64,000 bases of DNA from Haplodiscus bocki (lineage: Eukaryota). Position 1 is the first letter of the stretch; every line of letters begins with the position of its first letter. Shown in pieces: positions 1 through 13,205 of this stretch. Where the stretch lies: positions 90,582,001 to 90,646,000 of the forward strand of contig OZ296649.1 of NCBI GenBank assembly GCA_965655095.1, given 5' to 3'. A program made the translations under genes and the position numbers. Under the pieces are notes generated by a model. That model did not search any database, had not been told where the DNA came from, and was given only the letters and a program-made list of their open reading frames with translations.

Positions 1-56
1 TCAAAAGAGCAAAGTGCGCTGACCTCTCACTTTGGTGCTTTAGGTCCTGTATATTT

Positions 57-121
57 GGGGGTGGTGGTGGTGGTGGGGGAGGAGGAGGAGGAGGAGGAAG
101 AGGAGGAGGAGGAGGACGAGG
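57..121 (+). repeat. (GGT)n-(GGA)n compound microsatellite
   Basis: Direct: ggtggtggtggtggt...ggaggaggaggaggaggaagaggaggagg. Confidence 0.95.
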
Positions 122-229
122 CGGGGTTCGCAATTCAGTAGTAAAACCCGGGTTTCCAAGACAAAATATTTCAAGTCCAAAAGTAAATTTTTCATCAATT
201 TCAAAAAAGCAGCTAATTTTGAAAGACCC

Positions 230-760
230 GAAGTACAAATGAATGTCTATAAACGTGACATAGCAGTGAATTCGTTGAATTTCAGACTCACAATTAATTG
301 GACCCCACAATGCTGCTCAGAACTCTCGATTCTGTAGTCAAAACCTCGCTTCAATGAAGGTTACCAGAGAAAGCGCAGCACAATTATTTCAACTTACTGA
401 CAGCATGAAAAAAAAAACGAAGCTCAAGATTGCTATGCACGGTGACTCAAATGAAAAAGAAGTATTCAGAGCAAGTCTTTGACGTTTTTCAACTATGAGT
501 CTTTGACCGAGAAGCGTTGGTCATATTGATGTAAAAATCAAGCAAAAATAGGCTGATGTTGTCAGCAGAAAACTAATACGTTTCTTATTGGTAAAAGCGG
601 CAGGAAATTGATACTTTGAACTAGAAGTTGCAGATTCTCACGAAGATTAATAGCAGATAATCAGGGATTGATTTTAGTTATATCACCTAAAAACACCTAA
701 TAGGTACTACTTTCCCCATTTCAACTTAAACTATTTTAGAGAACTTCCCTCTCCAGCACC
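230..760 (+). pseudogene. Decayed pPolB N-terminal fragment
   Basis: 298-342 reads LDPTMLLRTLDSVVK and 372-386 SAAQL, resembling the N-terminal region of Polinton-type pPolB; the same region is seen in the 25743 ORF; many stops and frameshifts. Confidence 0.4.
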
Positions 761-1449
761 GATAAAGGTCAAATTTATACCAACTTCAGACGTATTTATC
801 GAAGAGATAGGCAAAAGAAATCAACAGCGAGAATTTTTTTCTCTAAGTTTTTCCTAAAATGAGAAATTGAAGACAGTAAAATAGTAAAAATTTAGAAGAA
901 TTTCGAAAATTATCGATTATGCGGATAGTTTAGAGCATTAATGTTGTTTTTAGCAGCCAACTTAGTAACTATTTTGGATTTTTATTCACCTAAAATCCGC
1001 CCCTGCAGCCAATGGTGTCAACAAAACTGCAATGACAGCATCAGTGGTCGTGATAAAGTTCTCAGACTAACTAAGAGATAAATTTCGTCGCCCAGCGCAC
1101 TAACCTCTTCCAAATTAGAGCTTCTGACAAACAAAAAAATGTTTCTAGAAATCTGCCAGTGCTCTGAACATGATACCAATCAGATTTTGCGAGGAATACG
1201 GAACCATGGAGTTTATGCAGCTAAAAATTTTCAAAACAGTCATTAACGATGCTGAGCATTTAGCGCTGACTTAGCATAGCATAGTAAGAAAAGTGATCCA
1301 AAATAGAAAACATGGGAATAAAAAAATGAATCATTCAGTACTCATTAGTCAACAATTTGTCAACGCTAGAAAGTCCATTCAATTGCTTGTAACTATCTGC
1401 TCCTACGAGGTAATTAATCTTCTTTGAAAAGGGACTGTCGAAGTGATGA

Positions 1450-2200
1450 TACTGTCGGCACAACCTGTTACACGAGAATAGTCAGAAACTTATGGGTCCC
1501 ATTGAAACGGTCCACGAGATGGCTTCTCTTAGGACCAACCTCAGGGCTCTTCAATTTCGCGTGGGCGTTATGCAATTCACACGCCGAGGTCATGCAATTC
1601 ACCCTGAATGATCCACTGACCGGGCCGAACTGACTATGTACAAATACATCCAAAAACGGGTCGTCACCGTTACCTTTCGATTCAAAAGTTTCAGCTATCG
1701 GAAGTGCACGTCGTTTGTCGGTCCTCGTAACAGTGTCAAATCCATAGCAGCTTAGCCGACGACATCAAAAAGAGCTCTTGCACAGCTTTCATGTACTGTC
1801 ATCATGAAGCATAGCACAGCACCATCTTGTTTGTACCCAAAGCAAGTTCGTTCTGAGCTGACAGATACATTTACCAGTTTGGAACCTATATCCTTCAATC
1901 AACCCCATTCAGGGCTGGTAAGACCTACACACGTTCCAGTCGACTTCTACCACACCCGTGTTTTAGAGTGACACACAACATACATGTTCTGGGTTTGCGC
2001 GAGGCACACCTATTACCCACTTGTGCTTAAACAACTTTGATGATAATGGCTAGTCGAGTAATACATTAAGAGACGCAGTACCGATGCCATATTTTCCATT
2101 GACGAAGTCTTGAGAAAAGATTTGACCACAAACACCTCACGAAAAATGAACAAAATACCTTGCATTTCCCCAAAAAGCGACTTTCCAGACAGCAACGGCT
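1450..2200 (-). mobile_element. Gypsy-type LTR retrotransposon integrase relic
   Basis: Collinear minus-strand remnants HKWVIGVP (~FTKWxEAVP), SYQP*MGLIE (~AYHPQxNGLVE), RFNGTHKF (~RWxGPY). Confidence 0.45.
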
Positions 2201-2879
2201 TTCATCTTTTTCATCCTATCTATGTTTCGATGCAACGAGCGAAACCCAAAACTATACAATATGACTTTCAACGTAAAAGATCTGTGAAACCACGCCTTAG
2301 CTCGAAGAATTCAGCGAACAGTTGATTGAAAATTGTTTGATTTCGCTGCAGTCTTCGATTTTTGCCATTTATCAGAGTTCCAAAGGAATGGACAAAATTA
2401 AGATTTTAATGTCCAATGACTTTCTACAAGTAAAACGCTGTCTATTTTGACCCTCAAAGAAAAAATTCGGCAAGTAGTTTGCAAGAACTTGGCTACGACA
2501 AAACTTAAAACTAAGGACACTTATTGGGCTCGTTAGCCTATTGTGAATCCGATGTATTTAACAAAACCTGACAAGTCAGTGCGGTATGCACTTTACCAAC
2601 CATGTAACACGTTAAAAACTGTCAACTGAGGCCATGATAGAAATCGAGCCAGTAGTTTTCAAGAAAACTGAATTTGAATATCAACAAACATCGGTACTTA
2701 CTACACTTTCGGCCTATCAAAAATCTGATGCGTCAAAAACCAGAGAGTGTCTAAAGAAAAACTTTCAGGAAAACAACAGCTGTCGATTCAAATAAATTTC
2801 GACGCAGTCCAGTCAGAAGAATCTCAGAAAAATGAGTTTCATTAGAAGAGTAAATTATTTTCAAAAACAGCATTTTTTA

Positions 2880-2929
2880 ATAGTTTTAGGCCATCAAAAT
2901 TGTTTATAGTTTTAGGCCATCAAAATTGT
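2880..2929 (+). repeat. Perfect short tandem duplication, 26-bp period
   Basis: atagttttaggccatcaaaattgt at 2880 and 2906. Confidence 0.95.
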
Positions 2930-2989
2930 CCAATTCATTGAACAAAACCAAAAAACTTTACAGACTTACCTTTTGCACTTACAAAGCTA

Positions 2990-4000
2990 TCGACTAAGAG
3001 TTTGAGTACGAAGAAATAGAGTTCGTAAAGCAAAAACGGACGGAAGGGACCTTGAAAATCCAAAAAAAAACTGAATTATAATGGAACTTTTTGACATTCT
3101 CAGTGCCTAAAAGGCCTAATCCAACAAAAAATCCCATATTTCAATGTCAAATGCCCTTTTACAAATTGAAAACTATTGAGTAAGACATTTAGAAAAGAAA
3201 AGAAGCCGTGAGTTTTGTGGAAAGTTGACCTTGAAAATCGAGAGTCAATGTTGATAGTTACTCAAGGATTGCTCGGCCTGTCAGGGTTCCATTGGATTGA
3301 CCCCAACAACAATTTTTTGTGTTGAGTGCTCTTCTAAATGTGAATAACTGTTCATTACGCCATTAAAATGGATCAAGCCACCAATTTTGCAGGAAAAAGA
3401 GTTCGAAGATCGATGAAAGCAAAGACTAATGGAGGTTTTCCGCATTTTCCGTCAGAGAAGTCAGATGCGATGAAGAAAATCGAAGAGCTTACGGTTGAGC
3501 ACCCTGATACACGTTGGCAAACGCCTATTAGGACACTGATAGAAATCAAGCCGATAGCTACGCGGAAAAGGGACATTGAAAATCGAGAAAAACGAGAATT
3601 GATAGCATTTTTCGATAATCTTTGTCTTTCAGAATTCCGATGCAATCAAGGAAATGCGATAACTTAGTGTTGAGTGCTTTTCTATAGATTGGAAAGTGTC
3701 GATTGAGACATTGGTGAAAGAAATCAGGGCGATAGTTACGAGAAGAAATGAGTTTGAAAATCCAGAAAGGTAAAGACAAATAGCATTTTTCGACACTTCC
3801 ACTATTTCAGAATTCCGATGGAATAAACAAAACTCAAAATTTTAATGTTGAAAACTTTTTTTACAAGGGGACAAAAGTCAATAAAAAGAGATAGAAGAAA
3901 TCTAGCCGTCAGTTCGAGAAAGTTGAGTAGTAATGAGAGAAGTTGAAACTAAAGTTTCTTTGGCCAAAGAGGATTCGATGCAAAGAAAGAAATTTTTAGT
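2990..4000 (+). repeat. Degenerate tandem repeat, ~172-179 bp period, about 5-6 copies
   Basis: ttgaaaatc-like anchors at 3052, 3231, 3403, 3576, 3754; ttcagaattccgatg at 3628 and 3806. Confidence 0.75.
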
Positions 4001-4068
4001 TTTTGTTGTTAAATGCCCGTCTACACATTCAACCGATCGTTTGCAGAAAAATGAGTTTGGTCAACAAA

Positions 4069-4470
4069 AACAAGTTGAGAATGGCTCGAAGTCGGCTCTA
4101 CCGTCGGGCGCGAGATTTTGAGTCAACCATACCAGGCGGTATCACAAAAAAAAACAAATTTTTCGTCCCACAGTGCCAAAAAAATTCGTAGATGTACCCT
4201 TTGATTTTTTTCAGAGTTTCTGGAATCGAAAAACTTAATACCTAAGTGGGTTATTACGAATTTGGACAATTTTTTTTACAAATATGAAAAACTTCATAAA
4301 AGGCACCCTTTGATGTTTGTGAGTTCTTGCCCGTGCTTGTTATAGATTGTGCTTTCATGCTTTAAAATAACAGGCCAGAGAAAAAATAGACAATCCGTGG
4401 TGGTCTTAAAAAATATTAAAAAAGTGACAACAAGAGTCCGTTTTACTAAAGTAAAAGAGCCGAGTAAGAA
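4069..4470 (+). mobile_element. HINE/DINE-like non-autonomous element (variant subterminal inverted repeat)
   Basis: Starts aacaag...aagtcggctct; ends with hairpin ttttact-aa-agtaaaa and agagccgagta, an inverted copy of the 5' motif. Confidence 0.6.
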
Positions 4471-7189
4471 TCAATACTATTTCTCAGCGTTTTTAGACTT
4501 TTTAGAAATTTTGGCATGTGCGACAAAAAATGGTATTACGTTTTTTCAAGGTATGGCAGTGCTAAAGTTTTTCAGAGGGAATTTTCAGTACAATATACAT
4601 TGCCCGGAAGTCATTATAGTTTAATCCCCGACGTCACCTGTTTTCGATGCAGCGTAATTATCAATATAAAGTGACCCCGTTGTAACTGAGGAGTAACTTG
4701 TATACGTTATGACGTAACTTCAAAAATGTATCTATCGATATAACTAACTCCCATCACCTCATATCGAGGTTTGACAGTCAACTTTTTGAAAAATATTCGA
4801 ATATGAAAAGGGGGTCTGAAGTCCAAACAAAATTCGTTAACACAGAGCGCAGGATTTCTTGCCCGTTCCCGGAGCCTTTAGTCCTGAGAAATTGAAATTA
4901 AGGTCTGAGCAGTTCGTCTGCACGGTGAGACAAACAAAACCCATAACTTTTATTCAGAAGCGCAAAATAAAAACGCTCAAAACATGAAGCTATAACATCT
5001 AAAACTAAATCTCCGCAGAATAAATTCATCTGTAATTGGTGAAGACGCTGTTAAAACATTACTTTTCAGAGAAAACTTGACAAACCTTTTTAGTCACGCA
5101 GCAAGTCTTATTCAAACGAAGTTTGAAACTGTTAATGATAAGAATTAATCAGAATGTTTGCGCAAAATCACATACTCAAACACAACCCACTTACTTTTTA
5201 TATGCAGCTTTTGATTTAAGCTCCAAAGTGCAGGGAAAAGGTGATACAAATTTAACTAACCATTATCGCGGAAGAGTGCTGTCAGCATGGCATGTCTCAG
5301 AGTTATGTGTGGCACATTTGCAATTAAGAAATTGGGGAGAATGGTAAAAAGTTAATCAGAGCTGCACGCGACAAAGGCAGGCGTTGGTGGCGGCAGAGGC
5401 AGCAGCTCTCACTTTTCGGGAGTGAAAAGCGTCACTCAATAAAAGCATCACATAACCACCTGGAAAACAATCGATCATTGCTCAATGATACCTCTACAAA
5501 AAATATTACATCAACATTCACACGCAGTCGCAAATAATTACGAGCGATTCTATAGTATAACTATTCCTATTTTTCGCACACAATTTCCATTATTGCCGCA
5601 CATTTTATCTTCCATTTCTTAGAACATGGCATCGTGTGCGTGGGCGCTTTTCGAATTATTGAACATATACGCACATTTCGGCCTTCATATACACATACAT
5701 GCAAGCGCCTGGTATTTCTTCGCAATAAAATGAAATTCTTCACGACAAATTTTCATTCAGTTGCTGCCAAAAAGGAGCTACAGTCCTCCGTACAAATTTG
5801 CACAAAGCATAAATGTCCTCAACAAGGGAAGAAGCTCCATTCAAAGCACGCCATTCTTTTCTTATGACGTTTCTTTGTTTGAATAATTGTTTTCTTCATC
5901 TTCCATAGATCGAGCACGACGAACAGAGCGCCACGACAACCAACATACTGATTACATTTATGCTCAAGTCACGTCACGTGACAGTACGATAAAATGCGCC
6001 CATGAAACGAATTCGGTGCACCTTTTTCAGAAAAAGAATGCTTAATTTCCGATAATTTAGTGTATATTCCGGGAAGTCAAGACAAATTCAAAGGACAAAA
6101 ACAAACTAATTCGACTGAGAAGGCTGAAAGCACATCTACCTATATTTTCTCAAAATACCATTTTAGGAATGAACAAAATTTTAACTCCCCAAATTTCAAC
6201 ATTCCTTGCCCCATCTTTATGTATTCTTGTTTGCTGCCGCTATAGTAAAAACCAATAAGTGGAAAAGAATTGATGAATAATGCGAAGTTAACAATGTTCA
6301 AGATAATGGCGTGGCTTGAACTTCGAAGCAACAGGTTTTGACAAAAACCCGAAAAATTATTTTGTTTCATTTCGTATTCTATGCATTTTCCAAAACACCA
6401 AAGAGACCTGATGCACTAATACACTGATGCGATTGATTGCACACAGCCCTTAAAGTTATAATAATCAGGAAAGGTCCCAAAAGTTCAAAATTGTTATCAC
6501 CAGTTGAAGAACTCATGAACATTATCAATAATGTGAATTGATTCGCAAAAAAACGGATTCGACAAGCATAAAAGACTAGAATCAATTGCTCTAGCAGAGT
6601 AGCCATTGACTCCATATCGCGCAACCATAATAACCAAAGGTGTAGGTTGCGAAAAAAATCATGTAGGTAACGACGAATCGAGATTTGCGAAGGAAATATA
6701 GTCCCACCGAAAAGCAATTTTCCGGAAATGGACCAAAAATTACAACGATTGTCAATTATTAAGACCTTCGTTGGGGCGTTTCTTGTACTCTATAGCAGCA
6801 TCGAAACAAAAATCGATTCCGTAGTCAAATTGAAAAAAGATCGAGTCTCGAATGCATTCTTGTGTTCCGTTCGTACTTCGAACACAAAAGAAACGTCTTA
6901 ATGTATATCATGCACGTTTCGTAGAATCTCATCGGAATAGGAAGGCTTCAGTGACTCGATGGTTTCTCGGATGTCTATATCTTTTTGCTACAGTGCATTG
7001 ATGCACAAAATTCATACAATCGTGAGTCATTCCAAGCGAGTTGATGCTATCAATCAAAACTGGGCCACTGGAGAAGTCTTCAACAATTCAACTGTCGTAT
7101 ATGATTGCTATTTTCAGGAAACATATCGGTACACTGCCAATGGCGAGTCTAGAGCGAATTGATAATCGGCAGAGAGTAGAGGAGTCATG

Positions 7190-7990
7190 TTTTTAGGCGA
7201 GCGAAGCGAAACCTTTCCGCACAAAGACACGTCAAAATTTCATTTTTTCCCTCAGTGATATTCTTCTGCTTTTCATCTTTTCAAAACTAAATTTCTCAGC
7301 ACCTATCGGCCTGATTTATCTGATTTTCAGATAACCACTGCCACGTGTTCACGATCTATCACATCCCAAAATTTTGCCCGGCGGGTTATTGGCAGAAAAA
7401 TCTATTTTCGGATTTTATTGAGGGCAAAAGCTATGGTTTTGAGCCCCGTCCTTACAGAAGGCTTGAAAAAGTCAGTCTTTCTGCACTAATCTATGGATGA
7501 CCATTATGCAGAGCGGCGTGCTGTAACATTAATTGTCAATTTTTTTTTCGGCCCGTTTTTGCCAAAAAAGCGGAAAATTATGATTTTTTTGAAATTTCGG
7601 ATTTCTCAAGACGGTTTTCTTACTTCCTTCGACTGGTGGTGCTGTATATCATGCCAAGAATTGTTGTAAAGGCTGCTTTACCTGCACTAGTCTGTTCCGG
7701 GTTTCTAAATTTTTGACTATTGATAGCTCGTTCGCGAAAAAAGTCATCTTTTTGGTAGTTTCCACAGATTAGATGTCGTCTTTGGTCAACTTTTGGGCTT
7801 CATAGACACCGCTTGGCTTCGATTGGCGTGCATTGGAGGAATTTTTATCCGTACGACGGGTTCAGGCTTTATCATTTCCCAATCTTTCGGCCGCTGAAAT
7901 TTTTTTTTCAACTAGTTATCACCGAAAAAAATTCAATTTTCTCATTTTTCAGAGGGCAAAGACTATATTTTTGAGTCGTCCTACGCTTGC
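7190..7990 (+). repeat. Interspersed repeat, HINE-like, with internal duplication
   Basis: Begins ttttaggcgagcgaagcga; gagggcaaa...tttgag..cgtcct repeated at ~7420 and ~7952; a related reverse-strand end lies near 27432-27457. Confidence 0.4.
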
Positions 7991-7994
7991 TGTA

Positions 7995-8700
7995 AAACTT
8001 TCAACACGTGCAACGTTCATCTTCGGGGTGGCTTCTGGTCTTCGCAATATTTACCTTTTTTCCACATGACCGTGAGCCTTCCATGACGAGTCCGAACTCT
8101 GTTGACCTTTATCTACAGCGGTACAACTTCCAGCTGACCAGGCAAGGTTAAGTTGGGGTTGTAATTGCGACACGTTTTCATTTTCTGTCCCACTGGTCAG
8201 TCCACAATTTGAAACGAATCAATGGGAATTTCCTAGACTTCAGCCATTCTTTGCGGTTTGAGAAAAGTTGACTGTTCCGCTTCTATACGGTGCTTGTGCG
8301 GTTCTTGGGTTTCAGAATGCATCAAGTGGTTCCTTCAAGCTTCTTTCGTTCGCTCATTTTACGTACGATACGAGTTGAAGTCCCGCTGGGCACTTCCAGT
8401 AATTTTCAAGTTATCAATCGAGGTAGCTGTCATGCAAACAGCTATTGCCTTGAAGAAATCGTTCAGAGGACCGAACGTCCATTTACTTCGCAAGGGAATT
8501 GTGTTCCCAGACTGTCCAAGCACAATCAGTGGCTGAGAGCAAGATAGCGAGGGCTGAACTTCTCAGGGTTTTGGCATGAGCGCTCCCACCCCAGATTGGA
8601 CCGGCCACTTTCTCCGATGTGAGCTTTAAAAACTGAAGGTTCCATGTACCCAAATTCTGAAAACAACCAAATGCCACTGTTATATTCGTGCTTGCTTTCG
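7995..8700 (-). mobile_element. BEL/Pao LTR retrotransposon integrase C-terminal relic
   Basis: Minus strand in order: GWERSCQ (~GGxWERLV), RKEWLK (~WKRWLxEY), VARVE (~VRVARVKT). Confidence 0.4.
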
Positions 8701-9017
8701 GCTCTGTTTAAACAAGCCAAGAAGGCACAGAATTTGTGCCGCACACCGGCGGTTTCAAATGCTTAAGGGAAATACTTTCATTGCATTCGCCTTTTAGATT
8801 TTATTTTGGTATAGGGGAAAATATACGCTAAAAAGTTTCAATCAGAATGGTAAAAAAGTTTTTGACTACGGTTATAACTAAATTTTTTGTTAGCCGCGTC
8901 TTTTTACCAACTTTCGCTGCAGAAACTCAAGTAAATCAGAAAAAAAATTACAGGCCGGAATTATTGTCCTCGTTTAATTAAACCTAAAAGCTTTTTCACT
9001 CAAATCATAGTTAAAAT

Positions 9018-10250
9018 AGAGGCGAAGCGGAACTTCGCATCACATTCTTACTTGTAAGTTGAGCAGTTGAGATCAAAGACCCTTAAAGACCTTTGGAAAT
9101 TATGATCGGAGATGTGATTGCCACTTTTAGAATGACTACACTAGCTATGAATTAAATTTTGTTCGAAAAAAACTCGAATTGAGACAAGTACCTATCACAG
9201 TATCTGATACTCAAAAAGTTCATGTCAATCATGTCGTTTTACGTTACGCCATTTTGCAGCCCAGCGTTTAAGAGATTTGTAAACAACGCGAAAATGGACC
9301 ACCCACGCTGCTCATTCAAAAATGTGAAGTGAAACATAATATTTCAGGACATTTTTGTTCAATTTTTCAGACCAATGTTTAAACAAGCCGGGAATGGCCT
9401 AAATCGGCGCTGTCCTTAAGGCTCAGCATATTTACGAGGGAATCACGAAAATTTTCGGTTTTAGAAAAAACTGGTATTGTGACTTGGGGATTTTTGTACT
9501 CTTGTGCGTAATATATTAAGTTTCCGTTTTTTGGGTTGATCTTTCTTCAGGGGGCCGAAGGCTTAGGACCCCAATACGAAACTGTAGATATTTTGTTGTA
9601 TTTAGTCGATTTCCGAGGTCATAAGAAAACAAAAGCCATTGTAATAGTCGGGCATTTTTCTACTAACAAGCGCTGACTAAAAATTAGCATTTTTTAGACC
9701 GCGAAAACAAATAAATAGCTGCCAAATGTCTCAAAAGAGGCTGTTTTGACAGTTTAGACTAGATGCCAACTCTCGGATGACGTCAAATACTGCAAGTTTT
9801 GAACAGGGTAAAAGCTGGGCATAAGTCGGTCTCAATTCACTCTTCCTTTCCTTTTAGTCAGAATGTGTCGCAACTGGAATAAAATTCGCGCATTTTCACC
9901 CTAGCTAGATAGCCTCGAGTCTTGAAACTAACCTTGCCCAATGCAGAGGGCTGTTCGGGTGAACAGAAAACTACCAATTGAAGCGCTGTAATTCAAGTAA
10001 GTGCATCTTAGCACATAGACCATTCAGAAAACCAGTTCATTTTTAATCTGGATTCAGAAGCAAGAATTGAGATGCAATTATTCGATTAAAGATGACTTAT
10101 ATCAGTAAGACGAAGCCGGCGTTATTCAATTTTCACGAAATTAAAGAATATTTTTTGACGCGACAAGTAGACTGAAATACAGAGTAACAATTTTAACTGC
10201 ATTAAGGAGAAATATAGTATCGAATATAGTACATCAACTGTTTCCTTTGT
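9018..10250 (+). mobile_element. 5' end of pPolB element plus decayed pPolB N-terminus, interrupted by a HINE
   Basis: agaggcgaag-cggaa-cttcgc hairpin 9018-9038; MPTL at 9763; LDSEARIEMQLFD near 10048 (equivalent to AENERGKSRVFN at ~17262). Confidence 0.45.
9381..9683 (+). mobile_element. HINE/DINE-like non-autonomous element
   Basis: aaacaagccgggaatggcctaaatcggcgct ... tagtcgggc...aagcgctgactaaaaa; ends shared with the 13206 and 23834 copies. Confidence 0.7.
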
Positions 10251-10269
10251 AGTCAAAACTTGTAACAAT

Positions 10270-10730
10270 GGCGTTAATTAGCGCACTAAATCACCTGTCT
10301 TGAGAGATCAATATCTTTATATTGCAGCAGGAGGATACACGACTGTACAATTCAGTTCGCATTTAAAGATAAAATTTCACATAAAGCAATTATCCAATTT
10401 CGGTAGCATATCCACCATCAAGAACAATTGATGTTGCTTCATCGGACGACCGGTACTGCCGTGCAAAATTGGCGACATCATTGCATTTTGCGCCCACCGC
10501 CGTTGTGTCGACAAGGCTCTGTCTCCACACTACGGCAGTGTTTATAACTTGAGTACATCAAGCGATAGATGATGCAGGTAGATATCGACCCAACCACCGA
10601 CCGCAGTTGGTTCGGAAGAAGACATTATTGAATAAATTGGATTCACACAGATTAAAACCACTCTCTCATCTCACTTCTATGACTTTTGAAAGTTGACCCA
10701 AACGAGTCTCAATTTTATACAACCATGTAC
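10270..10730 (-). mobile_element. pogo/Tigger-like DDE transposase relic
   Basis: Collinear remnants YKIETRL (~NxDETGL), RVVLICVN (~RxTVLLCxN), AVVWR, FLMVD (~LLxDN), VYPP (~FLPPN). Confidence 0.4.
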
Positions 10731-11872
10731 ATCTGCCATTTTTGTTTCCACCGCTTAAATAGTCCCCCTAAGTAGGGATGGAACGAAGAGAGGAGTACTT
10801 GCTTATGTCTTTGTATTTGCAGCACATTTGAAACGTAATTTCATTTAAAATTTCAAAAGGTGTTTTTTCTCAGCAAATAAGTACAAGATTGAAAAAAGAA
10901 ATAAAGTGATCAGAATTAATTCGATCGAATTTCCGGTCGCATAGGAAGGTTAACCTGAAAAAAGTCGAATAAAAAATAGTAGTGAGAAACAGAAGTAACT
11001 GTAGCAGTGAAACTAGTAAAGAAGCGAGACTTGAGGTAGAACGTGTCACAGTCTGCAGGAGACGTTGTTCATAGGAGAGATATATGAACAGGAGCCCTAA
11101 AAAATTCGACGGCGGAATAAAAAGTAGCACTAAAGGAAGCTAAGTTTGCACCAAGAACATTCAATTCATTCATTCAGAGCAGTGGGGGAAGAAGTCTGTC
11201 TAAATAAATCAGATAAATGCCGAAGGCTTCAAATTTAATTCTTTCCCTAATGACACTTTATTCAGATTGCAGAAGCGAATGGATTCCAAGGCCTTCAAGA
11301 GATTTTGGCGACAGTAACTGTTGCAGAAGCACATTCCTTATTTCTTCAATAAACACCACTTTATACAATGACGTCCTTTCTCCTTTCCCCCACCGCCCAA
11401 CCATCCACAGATCTCATTGAAGCACCGCACCGCAGCCCTGCAACATTATTAATTGTTGCAGCTCATCTTCCTTCCCTCGTTGAAACCACCCCCATTAAAC
11501 CCTGCCCATCTTTAATGCAATGCTACAATAGGAGGCGACCAGGAAACCCAAAGGACAACAACCAACAACAAAAGTTGCAATAAAAACAGTCGGCAATAAA
11601 AACATCAGTCGAAGAAATTTGCTCAAAAAAAACGCTCCGTAAAATTTTACACTGCTTGAAAGCGATTCCTTACCTGAGCACGATGATTAAATTTGGCAAA
11701 CACAAGACATCTTAGCGTTCAAGGAATTGCTAATACAGAGGGGGACTTTTTTATATTGAGGAAATATCTAGGCCAACTGAAAATTGTCGAATATTTAGGA
11801 TTCATATAATTACGGTAAAGCGCAATTTTGCGTAATTAACTTCGATTCGCTCCACATATGCGGCATACAGTA

Positions 11873-12532
11873 CAGAATGGTTTTAAAAGAACGGAGCTTA
11901 AAAGCGTTCACAGACGCTATTTAGCCAATAGGATCTCGTTATTTGCTCTCAATTCCCCATCTTAGTGGTTAATATTTGCCAGTTTTGGTAATCTCGGTCG
12001 TTTTTTTTGAAGTTTGACCAAGTTAGTAAAAACTTTTTCGAGAAATTATGTAGCACAAAAATTCCCCAGAGTTTTTTGAATCCTGTGATATATTTTGAGA
12101 GAAGTATTTTGAATTTAAATAGGTATCGCAAATTTTCAATAGACTTTTCTTAAAACCTATCTGAAAACATGTAACTTCAAAGTTCATTGTACAAAAACCG
12201 CAATTTTAAGAGCAATTCGAAATGTTTTTAAACTAAGTATGTTGATGGTTTTAATATGTTTACGGGCTTTTACGTGCAAATTGTGTCCAAAAAAAATCAA
12301 TGAGGCCTTAAAATATCAAAAACACACGAAATTTAAAATTGTCCAAAAATGACCATTTCTAACTTCTGCTGTACTGACCGCAAAATTCTGAAACAAAAAC
12401 GATTGTAAACTAGATAAAAGTCGAGACGTTTTCTTCCTACAAAAGTAACCATATCGAATAGTTTCAGAGAAATGGATGTCCAAAATTGATCAATTTATGC
12501 ATAGGAGCTCCACTTTTTTAAAACACTACTGT
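11873..12532 (+). mobile_element. Tc1/mariner-type MITE copy 1
   Basis: TA-cagaatggttttaaaagaacggagc ... gagctccacttttttaaaacactactg; aligns along its length with copy 2. Confidence 0.75.
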
Positions 12533-13112
12533 AGTGTTTTAGAAGAATGAAGCTTATGAGCGTTCGTGGACGCAATTTAGCAAATAGGATCTCTTTGTTT
12601 GCAATCTCATTGGTTATTATTGACCAGTTTTCCTCTTCTCTGCCGTTGTTTCGAAGCTTGACTGAAATAGAAACAACTTCTCCGAAAACATTTGTACCAC
12701 AAGAATTCCCCAGAATTTCTTGAATCCGTAGATATAATTTGAGAGCAAGAAATATTTTGAATTAGCAAAAAAACCGCAAATTTTCAAAGATGCATCCTAC
12801 TCCAGCCGGTCTCAAAACATGTAACTTTTCAAGGGTCTTTGTTTCTTTGCATAAACAGGGCAATGTTTTGGGCAATTCGAAATAGTTTCGAAAACCATTA
12901 TATTAACGGTTTCGTGAAATTCAGGAAATGACCATTTTTAACTTTTGCTCTATTGGTCGCGAAGTTTCGAAATGAAAGCGATTGCAAACTAGATTAAAAT
13001 CAATGAAACTATTCTTTGTACCAAAAGTAACCATTTCCAATAGCTCCAGCGATATTGAAGTCCAACATCAGCAATCGATGTATTGGAGCTCTATTTCTTA
13101 AAAACACTACTG
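12532..13112 (+). mobile_element. Tc1/mariner-type MITE copy 2
   Basis: tagtgttttagaagaatgaagc ... gagctctatttcttaaaaacactactg-TA; diverged direct homolog of 11873-12532. Confidence 0.75.
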
Positions 13113-13205
13113 TACGTCCTGTATTGCTTTATTAGCGACAAAATGCTTCCAAAACCAGACAAGTCTTGATCTTTTCAAATAGGTACAAACATTTTCAGAC
13201 AAAAT

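Noticed and set aside
6600-7160. BEL gag/protease relic (CxxC..H; VVYDCYFQETY)
   Set aside because: Too degenerate to support by eye
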